Part shown: in pieces, positions 13,201-28,216 of the stretch
How positions within the stretch are numbered: the stretch's first letter is position 1
Layout of the letters: every line of letters begins with the position of its first letter
NCBI GenBank assembly: GCA_050084515.1
Contig: CM114271.1
Span: forward strand, 46,066,001 to 46,130,000
Direction of reading: 5' to 3'
DNA: 64,000 nucleotides
DNA from: Blasia pusilla
Lineage: Eukaryota
Made by a program: the position numbers and the translations under genes
Notes under the pieces: generated by a model
Database searches by the model: none
Told to the model about the DNA's origin: nothing
What the model saw: the letters and a program-made list of their open reading frames with translations, nothing else

Positions 13201-15479
13201 AACAGAGCCAACAAGGTAACTATGCTCAGCAGAGTCTCACTGACAGGCAGAATATTCATCTCCAAATGGCAAGGGAGACCTCCCTTTAAAGACTGCTTTC
13301 GCAGCATGTGTGTCTTTTCTTCTGGAATAGTAATCCCTGCTGTTCCATTTGGAAGTGCCGCGACAGACCCCCATCATTAGACAGTAGAATTCTCCAACAC
13401 TCTTTCATTTACCAAATGAAAGAGTCCAAATTTGAGTGGTCTTGAGGGGGTTGAATTTAGGTGCAGCAGCAAAACATTCACTTACGTGAGTGTCCCTGAG
13501 ATGACAATTCCCACCGCTTCTTCAACTGTGAAAGCAAAGTACCAGAAGAGGGAAATGCTCCCAGTGCAGTTAAAATAGCACCATTCTTCAGATAACTGGC
13601 CAGTAATAGTGACACATCTCATAGTTCATAGAGCAACAGAACAATGTAAATGACCTTGAGAAAATATGTTCTTAAAGAAAGCTCAGGACAACAGTTCAGA
13701 TTTCCTCTGTAGCTGCAAGGTTGCATTTACCTGCTCCAGGTGTGCTGAGAATTGGTGTTAACAAGGAGAGAACTGAACTGAGTGAGGAAGCGCGCTTGAG
13801 GCATGACAGATTCAAAAGAGTATTTAAGAGATATTGACAGCGGTTCATTAACTCACCCGGAAGAATTTATAATTAGAAGACCTCACGGGGTGTTGGAGAG
13901 CTGCAAAGGCCCCCAAGAAAGAGTGGAAAAATCTGTGTGCAGGAATATGAATGACATGCCTTATTTCGAGAGTTCAGTAAGGCATGAAATAATAGGGATA
14001 AGATCTGCTCATACCATGCACACCGCCACCATCCAATACTGGATAAATTTCTCCAATGTGATAATATGATATGGAGAGGTCAAGACTTTTGTAGTCCAAG
14101 AAAGGACTTCTGTGCTGAGGCAATGCTGGAAATTCAGTTCAATGTTATAAACATCAACAAGAGACTGTGGTCATCCCGCCAAGGTCGTTATAAGAAAATG
14201 TAGGAAGGCCACATGAGTCAAGCTCAACAGTCTAATGCAACAGAAGACCAAACATACACCCTCCAGCCTTCAGCCTTCTTACAGAAATTTAAGTTGTTTC
14301 TGGCTCATTATATTTCTGGGTCTACTTGGAGATTCAGAATACCAATACGGGGATCCATCTATTCTCTTAGTGAATGAATCAATTGAGACTCATCAGGACC
14401 CACGAGGGCTATGAGACGCAAAATTTCTTGGGGTTGGGGAAACCAGACTGGCCCAGATACTCTGCACTGCAAATTGACATAGCTGGCTGAACATCATTAT
14501 TCCATTTTACCAATGAGGAGGGAGGGAAGAAGAGCCTCCCCGCAGACCATCCCATGACTACATGCTGAGTATTAAGACCAGAACCAATAGCTTCCCATTC
14601 TGAGTTGTTAAGTACTAAACAATCAACCATACGCTAAGTTAATTTTGATCTTAACCAGGTGAAATTGAGGATTATTATCAGTGATTAAGAGAGCAGAAGC
14701 ACCTCTAGGGGTGATTACTGACTGAGCCCATAACGCTGAAATTAACAGAAGTTCCCTCTACCACACCTAAGACGTTCATTGATATTGATAAACAAGGAAG
14801 GAAGACCAAGCAGCCAGATCTAGCTCCAGACACAAGCAAAAACCAGAAACAAAGAGCCGGTCATTTAATATCAGCCAGTTCACTAGGAAGTAACCCAACA
14901 ACTTAACCACGTCCAAAAATTCAAGGCAGCAGGAGCAAGTGTTATGGTACATAAACATATTCCTTCAGGAAACAACAACTCATGCATCAAATATTTAATT
15001 AAAAACTCATGCCATGAACAATTATGATTAGTATTGTACACAAAGCTCTTTAAATGTGGGAAAACTGCTAAGTAGAAAATGACAGAAGTGCAGGCGATCA
15101 TTTATTTAGTGGTTGTGAAACTGAAAATTTAAATAAGGCATTCGATTGCACAAGGCTGGAGGTTGCTTGCTATCCCAAGCAAGAGGAGGGAGCATCCTGT
15201 GCCAGTCAGAGAAGTTGCAAATAAATCCATCTAAGTTCTTTGAAGAGCAGGAAGGGGAAGAAGGACTTACTGGAGGATCGGTAGGCTGTCAGTCACAGTT
15301 GAATTGCCATTTATTAGCACGGGAATTGTGCCATTGGGGTTTTGTTGGAAAAACTCTGGATCCAAGTTTCTTGCTTTGATGGGGTTTACACTGATTGGCC
15401 AGTAATCTACTCCCTTCTCCTCAAGGGCAATTCGCACCTTCTGACAGTTAAACGACAGAGGATGGTGATATAGCTGCAT
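10232..15479 (-). CDS. TCHQD: Glutathione S-transferase, TCHQD (tetrachlorohydroquinone dehalogenase-like) class; exons 15479-15271 and 10817-10232; 264 aa
   Basis: N-terminus MQLYHHPLSFNCQKVRIALEEKG...NPNGTIPVL...DSLPILQ|YID. C-terminal FLAGQDFSMADVVFIPVLAR. GTAAGT donor at 15270 and CAG acceptor ending at 10818 join in frame (CA|A = Gln). Total 795 nt including stop. Confidence 0.93.
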
Positions 15480-18127
15480 TGTGGCCCCACTACTTGATTT
15501 ACAGAACTATGACCAGAAAGTAGTAGGAGGAAACAGCATTGTCCGTCACCCAACCTCCAGTCAACCTAAAGAATAGCCTTTGCCCCTTGTGTCCTCTCTT
15601 ATACTTGGCAACCTGAAGATCACTCCTCAGCCTCTCCCTGGAAGCTGTACTTCCAACTGGTATTCCCTGGCCAAGGTTGGTTATATCCTTGTTCAGCAAC
15701 TCTGAATGTTTGGAACAAGCTGTCTCAAATAAGAGTTCAAACCCCAAGGTACCAGTAGTTCCATTTCCTTATCCAACTCCTTTCCCAGGACTCCAAGACT
15801 GTTCGTTTGTAGTGTCCTGCACAAACAACAATAAGGTTTAGTACTCTACAATCCATGCAGAAACTATTTCCATATTTCCAACGCCTTGACATGTGACTAC
15901 AACATCTGCAAATCAGAACGGGGTTGAATGTAAGTAAAAACTATGCAATTCTTTCTTGCCCCAGCTTGTTATCTCTCACCTTTACCAAAGTTAACAATTT
16001 GAACCACAGTTTCCCATGACATTCACAAGCTTCAGCATCATTCTCGCTGTCAGGAGTGGTAAGAAAAAACTCTTCCACTTGAGCTATGGTTGTACTAATA
16101 ATCCAGAGAGAACCTTGGATTATTACCACAACCAGGACATCACCTCGGCTGCAATTTTTACAGCAAACGGCTCTCACAACATGGCTAAAATAAGACAACA
16201 AATGACACGAAAGAATGGCACACTGTAGTAAAGAGAACTGAATTATACACACTCCAGCCCAACAGATAAGAAGGTGAGGGCACTGGACAAAAGGTTAACA
16301 AGGATATTGAGGCAAATGGACATGGATAAAAGTAACTTTAGGCAGTCATCTTAAATTTTGGATAACATCTAAAGATGATGTGAACCCTTCCCGCGAGGCA
16401 GTCCACACTTCCAGCCAACTGGCAATCATTGTAAGACTCCAGCAGACTATGAAAAGGTGTGGCTAACTTGGATATGTGTGTTCAAACAGGACTCATTGTT
16501 CCTCTTTCCTTTTTCTTTCCAATTGAAGGCAAGTACCACTAATATGGTGGGGAGCATTCACTCGAACGCCTGCAACATCTTCTAGACCCAATCAATAGTT
16601 GAGACCAAACAGGAAGCTGATCGGTTACAGTGAACCCAGGACAGCATAAAAGCGTATGCCTGACCTTCAGGCTCGTATTGTACAGTCATCTAGCTCCATG
16701 CATAAATGATCGGCGAATGGCATGATGTCCTTCCAACAAGTGCAAATTGAGTGCCGGACCATGATATTGTCCTCTTTGCCAGGAATTATGTCCAGGGAAT
16801 CACTTCCTAAAGCAAAAATGAAACCTCTTCCCTGGCTAAAATTATTCACAGTGGGAGAACACCAAGACTCCTACAAACAATATAATTCACACCAATAGAA
16901 TAAGGCACCAAAATGGAAAAGTTGAAAAGAGCGTAACGTTGCCTATGTCTGCATGTCTCGTAGAATTGAGAAGAAGTCAAGGGGTCAAAAGTTCGTGAGA
17001 TAAACAGATTACACCAATCTGCACATAAGCATAGGAGTCTAAGATAGGCGACCTCATTTGACAAAGCCCGGTATAAGAACTCTCTATTCTGTGAAAGACG
17101 AATCTCCTTTGACGACGAACCAGACAGAAAATCGCATGGATGAATAGCTTTCGAGCGTAGCTGCAGTCAAGATGGGCTCTAGTACGGTGAAGGGAAAGGG
17201 GAACGGGAGTCTCTTCAGTTAAACGACATATCCTGCAGACCCCTGGAAATAAGATGGAGCAACAAAATCTACACAATCCCGACACAGGTGGGAACTCGTA
17301 GTTTTAATGCTAAGTTCAGCGACTGGGGGACAAAACCCTAGAGGTTTTGCTAAATGTCCTTTAGGTGATCCCAATTTACAAGCGAAGTTCCAAAATCACT
17401 GATTAGAAGCTAGTCGTGTAGAAGTCGATACCTCATCCAAACAGCCTACGGTTGACAGGAAAAGTGGCGTTCCAGAGCAAGTTTAAACCGCGCAATACCA
17501 ACCTTACTCCACGACGAGCCTTCCCGTCTCTTCGGCGATATTAATTGCCGATAAAAGTCCACATGCAAGATGCACGCGAGCATTCTACTGAAACAACCTT
17601 GTCAATATTATCTAAAGCCGGAAGAAAAACGTTAGGACGGGGGGCTGACAGACGACGAGGTGTGTAGTTACCTACGCTCCGGCAGACAAAGCAATCCACG
17701 AAATTGCAGTTCCGGTCTGATCGCCCGTCCGACTGGTGAAACGTCCCGACTGCTCTACGCACACCGCATCTTCAAGACAGGCGCTCATAGACGCCAGAGT
17801 TCCAGTCCGTGCGCTACGATGAGCCCCGTAGACTCATATCCAGCAGGTGGTAATCACGCCTCGCAGAAAGCGCAGCACCATTTGCGTCACCTTCTATGCC
17901 ATGCGAAAACCAGAACCAGTAAACACCTTTGCTGCGTCCTCACACCACCGACAACAACAACAACAACAACCACCACCACCACCACTACTACTACTACATC
18001 CCCGACGGCAGCAGCGCTTCGCCTGAGGCTCGTTGACGTTCCAGACACGGTAGCTTCCAAATCCGATCTCACATTTATGACCCCAGATATGCGGCCTGAA
18101 ACTCAGAAACTCCACACAAACACAGCA

Positions 18128-18167
<40 letters not shown>

Positions 18168-18200
18168 GAAGAGAGCGATAGACGCTTGCGGAAACGAGCA
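15480..18200 (-). other. Probable spliced 5' UTR and CpG-rich upstream region of the TCHQD gene (UTR intron ~17671-15817)
   Basis: Candidate donor CGTAG|GTAACT at 17671 and acceptor tttgtGCAG| at 15817. An in-frame TAG upstream of the ATG excludes an N-terminal extension. A GC-rich island with (CT)n and trinucleotide tracts lies at 17950-18170. Confidence 0.5.
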
Positions 18201-21200
18201 GAGACTATTCGCTGGAGTAGCGCGTACAGGTTGGGAGAGATTAGCAAGGGAGAGGCAGAGGGAGAGGAGAGGAAGCGCGTGCTGCGATGACATCAGAACG
18301 GAATGCTTGCAAGCTTCGCTCCAGTGCTGCCCTGCGACTTTTCCACGCCCCTCCACGCCCCTGTGTCTGCTGCTGCTGCAGAGGACAGACAGCGGAGGTG
18401 ACAGCAACTCACTGCGCCGCTGCGGCAGATTTTCTCGTCTCGAACTGCGTACCGCCTTTTTCTTCTCCGGCTTCTCTCGACTCCATCCCGTCAGTCATTC
18501 CACGGACTACGGAATATTCCTTCTTGCTCATTTCCTGTGTTCCCAGATTCCGCTTTGGGACGATTTCAGAGATTCTCATATTCTGCTTCTCGTTTCGTTT
18601 GCTCTGAGACTTTCCCGACGGCGTCGCTGTGGAGACTCACCGGCGCCAACGCCGGTGGGAATCGCAACAATCACACTCGGGTTTAGCATGAGCCTTAAAT
18701 TCACTTTATCCTGCAATTACTTTTCCCACTAATTTCTTTATTTATTGTCGTCGGCTTTATTTTGGGAATTATGCCTCTCTCTCTATTACACGCTAACTCG
18801 TGATAAATGAGTAAATAAACAACCAATGGATATTATAAACTTATATATAAAATATATAAGTAAATAAACAGCCATTGGTATTATAAACTTATATATAAAA
18901 AGTATTTCTTTGGAATTATGGCTCTGTGTGTTACACGCTTACTCCTGATAAATAAGTAAATAAATAACCAAGGGATGTTAGCAACTTATTATCTAAAAAG
19001 AAGTTCTCTCAAAGAAAATAACTCATAGGTATAGTGCGTCTCTTAATCCAAGAGAAAAACAAGGGAGCACGTACTTCTTCTCTCAACTTTAATCTAAACG
19101 ATAATTTGGCGATAATTTCAAGGTTTTTTTTTACTAACCGGACGCGTATATATGTAGAATTGTAGGCGGGTCCTAACTAGCACTAGTGAATATCAGTATT
19201 ATTTTCATATCTTCTTGTACATAACATGTTGAAGATGCAAAATTAAATTTTGAATCATTTCTTATTTTCAAAGTTATGGAGGTAGACATGTGAAATTGCA
19301 TATAGTTGGTGAAGTTACCCTCCCATAATAATATAGATTGGATTGGTTTTATCCACGTGGTAATTTGCTTCTATGTTTTGTACACATCTAAAAAAAGTCA
19401 AAAAATGTCGTTTATGATATCCAGCATGTTTCGTAATCACATTGTTTATGCATTTACTTGTGGACTAAGTTTGATACATTCAAAGAAATACTCAAGTTTG
19501 TAGTGAGATTGTCATAATGAATGGTATCACTAAGGAGTTGCATATACCCAAAAGCAAATTTGAGTATTCAATTTTATTTCTTATCCTCTACAATTATGGG
19601 CATGTTTCATAGTTGTATTACTAGTAACCTCCCTCCTTCCACTTATCATACATACTAGTGTTTATATGCTCATACAATGCACTAGCCAGAGGGGAGAAGA
19701 TGGAGGCACCCTTGAATCCCTACCCTCTTTGGCCACAGACATACATATCCACATTCTCTTAAAGGAAAGAAAGGAACCCCTCTAGCTTCACCACTCCTCT
19801 CCATAATCCCATGGCTTTCCGCATGGGTGTAGGGCTTGGTAAATTCATCCTTCCCCCAACAACCTCATCCTCCATCCTTATCCTCTACATTTCGGAGAAA
19901 CAAATAGTGTCCATCCCTCCCATGAGAGAAAAATGGTTCATCCCTTCTCGTCATCTCCTTCACTATTCTTTTTCTCCTTCCCTCTTAAAAAAAAAAGGGA
20001 CCATTGGGTTTCATCCCTCTTTGGAGAGGATTTGTTCCTCTTCTAAGGAAAGGAACAAATTGTTCCTACATCCATCTACTTGAGTAGGTGGATGCACGAA
20101 TCGAAAGGGAAGGGATGGAGGCTTCCTTTCCTCTTTGTAGGGATATCGAGGATCCATATCTCCCCACCCCATCCGCGTTCATTCCCTCTTCAAAAGAACA
20201 AAGGAGGATGGAGATAGATCTACTAGTTCCACTTCTTCGTCTTTTAGACATTCTCCTCCTCCCCAACTTGTTTGAGTTATTTTGGCTCTTTCAATCCTCC
20301 TTTTAGTATCTTTAATGGATTTTTATTCCAAGTTTGTTTTATCCAATCGAAAGTTTTAACTTTTCAAATATCTATTCATGACACCATCATACACATGACA
20401 TGATAACATATTTGTGATTTAAATGATAACACAACTAATACATATTCTAATAGTCAACATGGGTCATAAGTAAACAACCAAATAATAACCTCTAAGCTTT
20501 GGTTTTCATTTTTTTTACATGGATTTAGATCTTTCCAAAGGCTTGTAATTGTGGAAGGAGGCAAGAGGCTTTTACTTTGGAGAGGGGAGAATGACTTCTA
20601 ATTTGGGGAGGGAAGAAGGGAGTTATCATTTAACTTGATGAGTTAAGGTCTAATTCAAGAGGGTTTGTTACTGAAATCAAAGAGTGAGATTAGTAAGTTG
20701 CCCATGCAATGCACGGGATCTTACTAATTGTGACTTAGTAAGATCACAACTTACTAATCCCCATTTATTTACGATATGATACGAACATGAGTTAAAGCAA
20801 AAAAGATGAAATAGCAACACCTTGGAATTTTATGCTAATTTTCTCAAATGGGCCTCTCAATAACTCTCTCATTTTACTTCCCCTACTTACAAGCCCCAAA
20901 AGGATTTGAGGCTTTTTCGTTGCTCCATCTCTTAGGATAGACCTTAAATTGGGTCGTATTTACTTTCATAAATTATCAACTGTAGATGTTGAGACTTACT
21001 ATCCCACTCCACTCATTTGTACTTACATTTGTAATTTTGTACTTTGATTTGACACTCATTTGTACTTACATTTGACTAAACTAGTTCTTAGAGGAAGTGG
21101 GGGGGAGTACTTTTAAATATGAAGAGGGAAAGAGTAGATTTATATGTAGAGGGGGGGTGGGGTGTGGAAGTGATTGTTTATTCGGGGAGAGTAGCAGTTA

Positions 21201-24200
21201 CTTCTAATTTAGAAAGTGAGGTCCTTCCAAAAAGTTCAATGGAGTAGAGTACTAATTTAAAACATTCCAATTTGGGTAGATGGGCATGCAACCCCCAAGA
21301 GAATCCAAAGGTTGCGGGGGGATTTTAATGGAATGGGACAAAACATTTGTTTACTTTTCTAATTTCCAAGGATCCTTAAAGGATATGCGTTTCTATGTTG
21401 AGAATACGCCATCCCATACAGCCTTTATAGCATCTTTAATGTTTTTATCACAATTATATTAGGGCTAAATTGGCCTCAAAACCATAATTTCAAAATAAAG
21501 AAATACTATACAAACCAAGTATCCTACCCCATATATTCTTCCTTATCCGGACGAGATTGAACTGGGACCCTAATTATTGTTTCTCACGATCGTACAAGAT
21601 GAATGATGAATCGATCATTCCCTTCTTCTAAATAGGAGTTGTTAAGTAGATTAGGCCAGCAGTAAACGGCGTCGCGAGGCACTAAGTTAAGAACTTAGCC
21701 GGAGGCGCGAGATTACGCACTCCATCTGAACCCCTAATTCTGTCATCCCACGAGCCCAATCACCACAACAACTACGGCGGATCCCGAGACACCCGCCTAT
21801 TTGGCGCCTCTGGGGATCGAGGCCGGGAAGCACGCTGCCGCCGCCCAGGATAAGCGGAGCCGCCTATTTGGCGCCAGAGTGGGTGGAACCCCGATTCTAA
21901 GATGACGATTCAGAAAACCATCCAACTGCTCCTCACTTTTCGGTTCGCTGTTCGGTTGACTTTCTTGGAAGGAAGCGTTCGGTTTCCGTCTCGTGCGCTA
22001 CGGAAGTCGACTCCTCTTTTATCTCCTCTTACTTCTTCCGGAGGTGCGAGTTGCTTTCGAATTCAAATTTTAGTTACCCTCCGGTTGTAATTTTTTTCAT
22101 CGGGTAAGGTGGTAAGATATGGGATACATCATAAAATTTTCATATTAAAATATGCTAAAGATAAATTAATGCATTTAATTTCGTTTGGAAATAATTTCTT
22201 TTCTATTCATTTGAAAATGAGAAGTTATCGGTTTTCTAGTGCCTATCTTTCAGTTGATAAAAGAAAATCATTCATTTGATAAAATTTTCCCCAAAATAGA
22301 GATGAAATTTTGCTGCTCCCAAAAAAATTTGAAAATTAAATATAATATGAAATTTTTATTATTATCTTGAAAAATATTTTTTGTGCTGGTATTATGCTTT
22401 TTCATTTTTTCCCAAAATTTGAATCAAGTTTGCCTCGAAACTAAACTTGAATCTGAATTTTTGTAGCAATTTGTTTGGCATGGACCTCTTAAAAATTATT
22501 TTTAAATTTTCAAATGAGAAAATATAATAAAATAAAGGGAGAATTTGGAACTTTGGAATATTTTATTGGGAAATTTTTATATAATTACTCTTACTAATTT
22601 TTTAATTACAAAATAAATCTAAATTTTTTACTTGGCCTTCATTATACTTTCCTGCTAAATATAGGGTAAAATTCATAAAAATTCCACATTTCACTCATTA
22701 GTTGGTCACCAAGATGAGCTAATGCCCTTAATGGTATGATTAGTTCCCCCCTCCCCCCTCCTTTTTGCTCTAAGGATTTCTTAGAACATACATCCCAAAA
22801 GTCACGCCTTTGGTCTACACATGGTAAAGGAAAATAAATCTATCCAATTGATTGTTGCATCCTATTGCTATTTTAATATAAATCTAAGGATTTGAACGAT
22901 CCTAGCAGTTAGGGTAGTTAGGTTAGTGATACTAGTTTGAACGGTATGGAATAATTTAGTCTAATTTTTTTAAGTTATTATTATTATCATCATCATCATT
23001 TTTATTAAGGCCCTTGAAGTACTCATACTTTTTCTCTCTCCATTTAATCTATCCATGTCCTCCAATCTAGTGTAATCATTAATTTCTCCACCCCCCCTCC
23101 TTTCCCCTCTCCCTTTTTCTCAAAGGACAACAAATTGGTTATAGAATATCCTCTTGGATTTTCAAATTCCTCTTCTTTTGATACATGGCCCCTTCAACCA
23201 ATAGGATCGCTCAAATTTGATTTAAGGGATAGTTTAAGTCCTTGGTCACATGTTTATCATAATGACCCATGCAATCCACGATCATCAATTTTGTCTAAAA
23301 GTTTGATGAGAATAAGAGGAATAGTTTTGAAAAGCGGTTGTGATGAATTGGATGAAGATTTGGAAGAAGCGGTTGGTGTTAGAGAATAAACGAAATTAAT
23401 TGTGGTCGTCTAAAAGAGACCTATGATGGCATTCATAAAAAATTTTAGGAAGTTGTTAATGGGATGATGAAAGCTATTTTCTTAGTCACATTCTGAACTT
23501 TTTTTTAATAGTTTTGGAGGTTTTTAGGATGAATTGGTGTGCTAATGTGGTAACCATGGAAGCATCATGGAATGTAGAAGGGTCTTTTGTCACTCACATT
23601 ACAAATTTTAGTTGTATTTTCATTTATTTATGTTGTTTTAGCTCATTCTCATCATGCTTCTACCCACAAAACCTCACACATTGTGTTTTTTTTTTTAAAA
23701 ATCTTAGGTGCTTTGTCATATCTTAGTTAGCCAAAAAGTAGAGCTCTACCGCATTGACGACATAGAGAGTCAACTTCATTTTCAGGTGTAACTTCATCAT
23801 GAGATGTCAGATGAGGTTGGCGACATGTTCATTGGATTGGGAACATCGTTTCTAAAAAATCCACTATCTTAGTCTTTGTCAGCCAGATGCCTCGTTGACC
23901 GTGTCGTGCGTATACACATCCCTACATAATCCACATCATTGGTCATATCTACACACCACACAACACCGATCTTCCCCAACCTACGGGTAGATCCACACAT
24001 AAATGAAACATACTCACGCATATATATCGGGACCCCACAACAAAATCAAGTGTAGTAAAAATGGCTCACCCGGCCTAAAACTCCACTCATGAATCTAGAT
24101 CGGCATATCAAACTACATCCACCCTCTACTATGAGGGAATCTGGACGCTAGCACCGTAACTCCTACACACCCACGCACGCCTATGCAAGAGAGGCGCTCA

Positions 24201-25339
24201 TAAGGCTCAACATGAGAAAGATGGTTTGAGAAGCCATCCTCCTCACTCTTATACCATTGGGAAGAGCCAAAAGGCTCTTCCCCCAAAAATAGCCCTACCA
24301 ACGGTAACCTGCGTGCACAAGTTACCGGATGAGCGTTGACTCGGTCAACGGGTCACCTGACGGACTAAAACCAAAATAGGGAAATCGCCATAAACGATGT
24401 TCCCTACACAAGAGACCTGCCTCAAACCTCATCCGACATCCCGGAACGAAGTTACACCCAAACAGCCTGTTGACTCTCTATGTCGTCGACGCGATAGAAC
24501 TCTACCTATGTCGAAATAAGATATGACAGTTGTCGTGCACATACACATCACTACACAACCCATATTGTTGGTCACATCTATACACCACAAAAAACCGATA
24601 TTCCCCAACATACAAGTAGATCCACACATAAATGAAACATACTCACGCATATACACTGGGATCTCACAACCTCCCCTCTAGTTGGCAGTTGGGTCCCCCC
24701 AACTTCAGATAGCACACACATATGTATCTGACAAGATCTACTATCTTATATACATCTAGCACCATCGGTGCCCTCATCCCCGTAACATTGCCACACTACA
24801 GCAACCCGCTGTGGTGATCCCTCTGAAGAGATCTAACACTCTCGTACCGTGCTCCAAACATACGCATAGCTCCACGTCTGCCTCATGAGCTCATATGCAC
24901 TCCACGCATCTCAACGTTCGTCCCCAACAACAATAAAGAAGCTCTGTACCATGGGAAGAGACACCCATCCTTGCATGTCTCTCCGTGGGACTATCCGCTA
25001 TGGGAATGTCCTCCGCATGTGTGCTCCTCTCCCCAAACCCTCATGATCATCGAACACCACATGTGAATGTTGCCAATGTGGTCACCGTATCCTCACCTGG
25101 TCAACCACCACTACTCTCTACAAACTGCACCGGTAGATGGCTCACTCATCCATCACCTGATCGCCACCCTGGCCGATAAGAAACCATCTCCTCCCAAAAA
25201 TCCAGAATGAACCCAAGGGGATACAACACTGTACTCCCTACCAACACATCATACAACTCTGCCAGTATCGTAATCTCCCGAGTGCGCACCATTGCACTAT
25301 CTGACTTGTGTTGTGGCTGGAGTTTAACCACCAACTCTT

Positions 25340-26740
25340 TTCAAGTCATGTACTACGTGGGTGATACGCCCCCAATAGAGTTATGTATCTGAAAGGGACA
25401 ACACACTCTGCCTTCTCGGGATATACCGTCAAGAGAGAGAGGTTAGACATTTTCATGGCTTCCTCCATGTTGTTCTGTTGTGAGCGTTTGCCCACTGCTT
25501 TCGTTATGGTATCCACGAATGCTTTCTCATCTTGCTCCCATAGTTCAGGCCCTGCTGGGAGCTTGGAAGCTTGCACAATCTCTTGAACCTTTTTTGTCCA
25601 AGATTTGGCCTGCTTTACGGGTCTTCTTTGGATCCAGGTTTTTCCCATCACCTCTTTAGGATAGCCATGGGAGTCCATTGTCCAGCTGCCTTCGCCATTT
25701 TAACTTGGCAATGTCATGTCTATCCTCCAAGGGTTCCATACCTAGTTCTGATCTCACAGCAACTCGGGTTGTTCGTGATGAGGTTGACATCATACCCCAA
25801 AACACCTTCAACTGTACAACTTCAAGCCTATCCCTTTGTTTGGTGTTGGCATCCCACATTGCTGCCTCGTATTCCAATGAGGGACGAATGGTATGCAAAA
25901 TGACAGAGTGCTTTACTTCTGATGTGATATCCCGGCAGTGTAGGAATCTGGACAGACCGTTCACCTTCTTGTGGCCTTTCTCAGTAGTCTTCTTAATGTA
26001 TGCATCCCACATGCAATCTTTTGAGAATTCTATGCCCAGATAGGTGTATGTAGCCACACGAGGGATCTCTTGTTCGCCCTAGTACCACTGTTGGTCTTGG
26101 TCCTCCTCCTTGCTATTGAAAATCATCACACCGCACTTTAGTACATTTGCCTCCATGCCCCACATGTCACGCCAAATTTTGGTCAGGGAGATCATCTCTT
26201 GGAGTTTCTCTCATGTTTCCTCGAGGCCACCAAAGTCATCAGCAAACATGAGGGCAACAAAAGAGTTGTTGCCCACCCGTATGCCTAGTCCACTATCCTC
26301 CATTTCTTCCAATAGGGAATTCACAAAAATGTTGAAGAGAATGGGGGGAGAGCGGGCATCCTCGAGCCACTCCTTGCTTGATGTCGAATGTCCCACTCTT
26401 TCGGCCATTCACCATAACTCTACTTCTTGTGTTCTGGTACATCTTCTCCACCACCCTCCACATTTTCCCTCTCAGCCCCGCCTTCCACAAGCTATAAGAT
26501 AGCCCGTTACGCCATACAGTGTCGTATGCCTTCTTGAGGTCCAAGAAGAAGCAATAGGTGGGTTTCCCCTCTTTTTTTTACCCTGGATAATCTGACTAAA
26601 GGTGAAGATGTGATCCACGCATCCTCAGGCTTGCCGAAAGCCAGCCTGGCCTTCCTTGATGACACAATTCTCCTCCAGGTACACAGAGATCCTATTGTTG
26701 AGTATACGGCAGGGGAGCTTCCCGACACACTAATCCACAC
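25340..26740 (-). mobile_element. Non-LTR (LINE) retrotransposon ORF2 reverse transcriptase fragment, frameshifted, inserted in the protease of copy 4
   Basis: Translations include QAGFR, FLDLKKAYDTVWR, KQGVARGCPLSP/ILFNIFVN, LMFADDF and YTYLGIEF, which are LINE RT motifs. Confidence 0.9.
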
Positions 26741-27156
26741 CTACCAACCAGGGGAACAACATCGCAAGCTCACTACAGGTTCCAACTACAACAATGGGGT
26801 ACTCGATAGAGGACTCCAACTCATTTAGGAGACTGGTTCTCTGGGAAAGTAAATGCAAGTACAGCATTGCAACATCCTTCTTCTCAACAGTATCTCAATG
26901 CAAACTTGTTAGTGTACACAGCTCCATTTGACATGTTTCCTAAGAACACAACGGAGGTCCATGTCAACTTTAAGATATCTGAACTAAATTTCCAAGAGAG
27001 TGGGTAACACTAAAAAGGTCAAACAGACGATCCTGTGACATGGAATAACATCAAGAGTAATTTTTATATTTTTCATATGGTGATTATTTGCTAGGGAGCC
27101 TTGAAGATCAAATCACAAATTTGAGACTCCGCTGTTGCCTGCTTTGTTTGCCCCAC

Positions 27157-27903
27157 CTACATGAAAAGAGATTGCAACGTCTGCAAGAAACATTGCATGT
27201 TCCAATTGAAAAGGTAATGATGTTCATTATCAATGAGCCCCGAGTTGCAAAATCTACATAATGTGTCATCCCTTTTCTTTTGTGAGAATTTTCCTTTCTC
27301 AATCTCAAGGTCAGTAGAGCCACATTTGCATCTCGCTAATGTATGCCGTAGCTTAGTGGAAATGGGGGCAGAGATGTAAGAGGCTTGCTGCATGGATCTG
27401 CTATCTACTTTATTATCTACTTTATCTGATTGGGATCCCCAATAGACATTACTTACCAGTGCAGCAGCTTTGGGCAATGAATCAAGGCTACTGAATGTGT
27501 TGAACAATTTTGGTGCTACCAGCTTAGCAATATCAACATATGCTCTTGCTCTGTGAGCTATGAATTTTACGCAGGAGACCAAGGAATGACTAGAGGTTTC
27601 ATCCCCATCGTCACACAAGAGATGGTTTTCCCTACTCCATCTAGAGTCTTGCAAAGTAATGTGCAAGTTTGAGCCTTCAAGATCTTCGTATCCTCTCATA
27701 TCCACTGCACTCTTAGGGTATACCCTACTCTGACCATATGGAAGGTATATTGTTGGTATTGACAAGTCATCTTCATGATTGGATTCTATATGATTCAACT
27801 TAGCCACACCCACAACACCCTGGTAATCTGTTGCTTTCTCCTTGAAGTTCTCAATGCTATGGGTAGGGAGATAAAATCCAAGACCAAAATGGTACTCTGA
27901 CAT
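27157..27903 (-). mobile_element. Second LINE remnant: ORF2 C-terminal CCHC zinc-finger region with an unassigned upstream part
   Basis: LRHTLARCKCGSTDLEIEKGKF...LCRFCNSGLIDNEHHYLF matches the C-terminal motif of LINE ORF2. It lies upstream of the RT fragment on the same strand, so it is a separate piece. Confidence 0.65.
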
Positions 27904-28210
27904 AGAACAAGAATATTTGGGAGTGAGTGCTCAAGAAAGCTCATTTTCCACACAAGTTGTGATTGGGGATGATGGTTATAAGGTATAAACAACCTACCTT
28001 CACTACATTCAGTAGCCTTGATTAATTAATTGCCCAAAGCTGATGCACTTGTATGTAATGTTTATTGGGGATCCTAATCATGTAATCAACATATGTAGGA
28101 CAATAAGATGATTCCTATACTGTCAAGGCATCACATCACATGTAAACCGCCTTGTCATTCTTCTTCACTCTGTTGGAATATAAAAAAAGCAGTGGGGGAT
28201 GCCCCATTCA

Positions 28211-28216
<6 letters not shown>

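Noticed and set aside
23902-24670. B1-A2-B2 as an independent TRIM with 140-bp LTRs
   Set aside because: The PPT lies outside, before B1. No TSD flanks 23902-24670, whereas one flanks 23902-30853, and the solo units are A+B.
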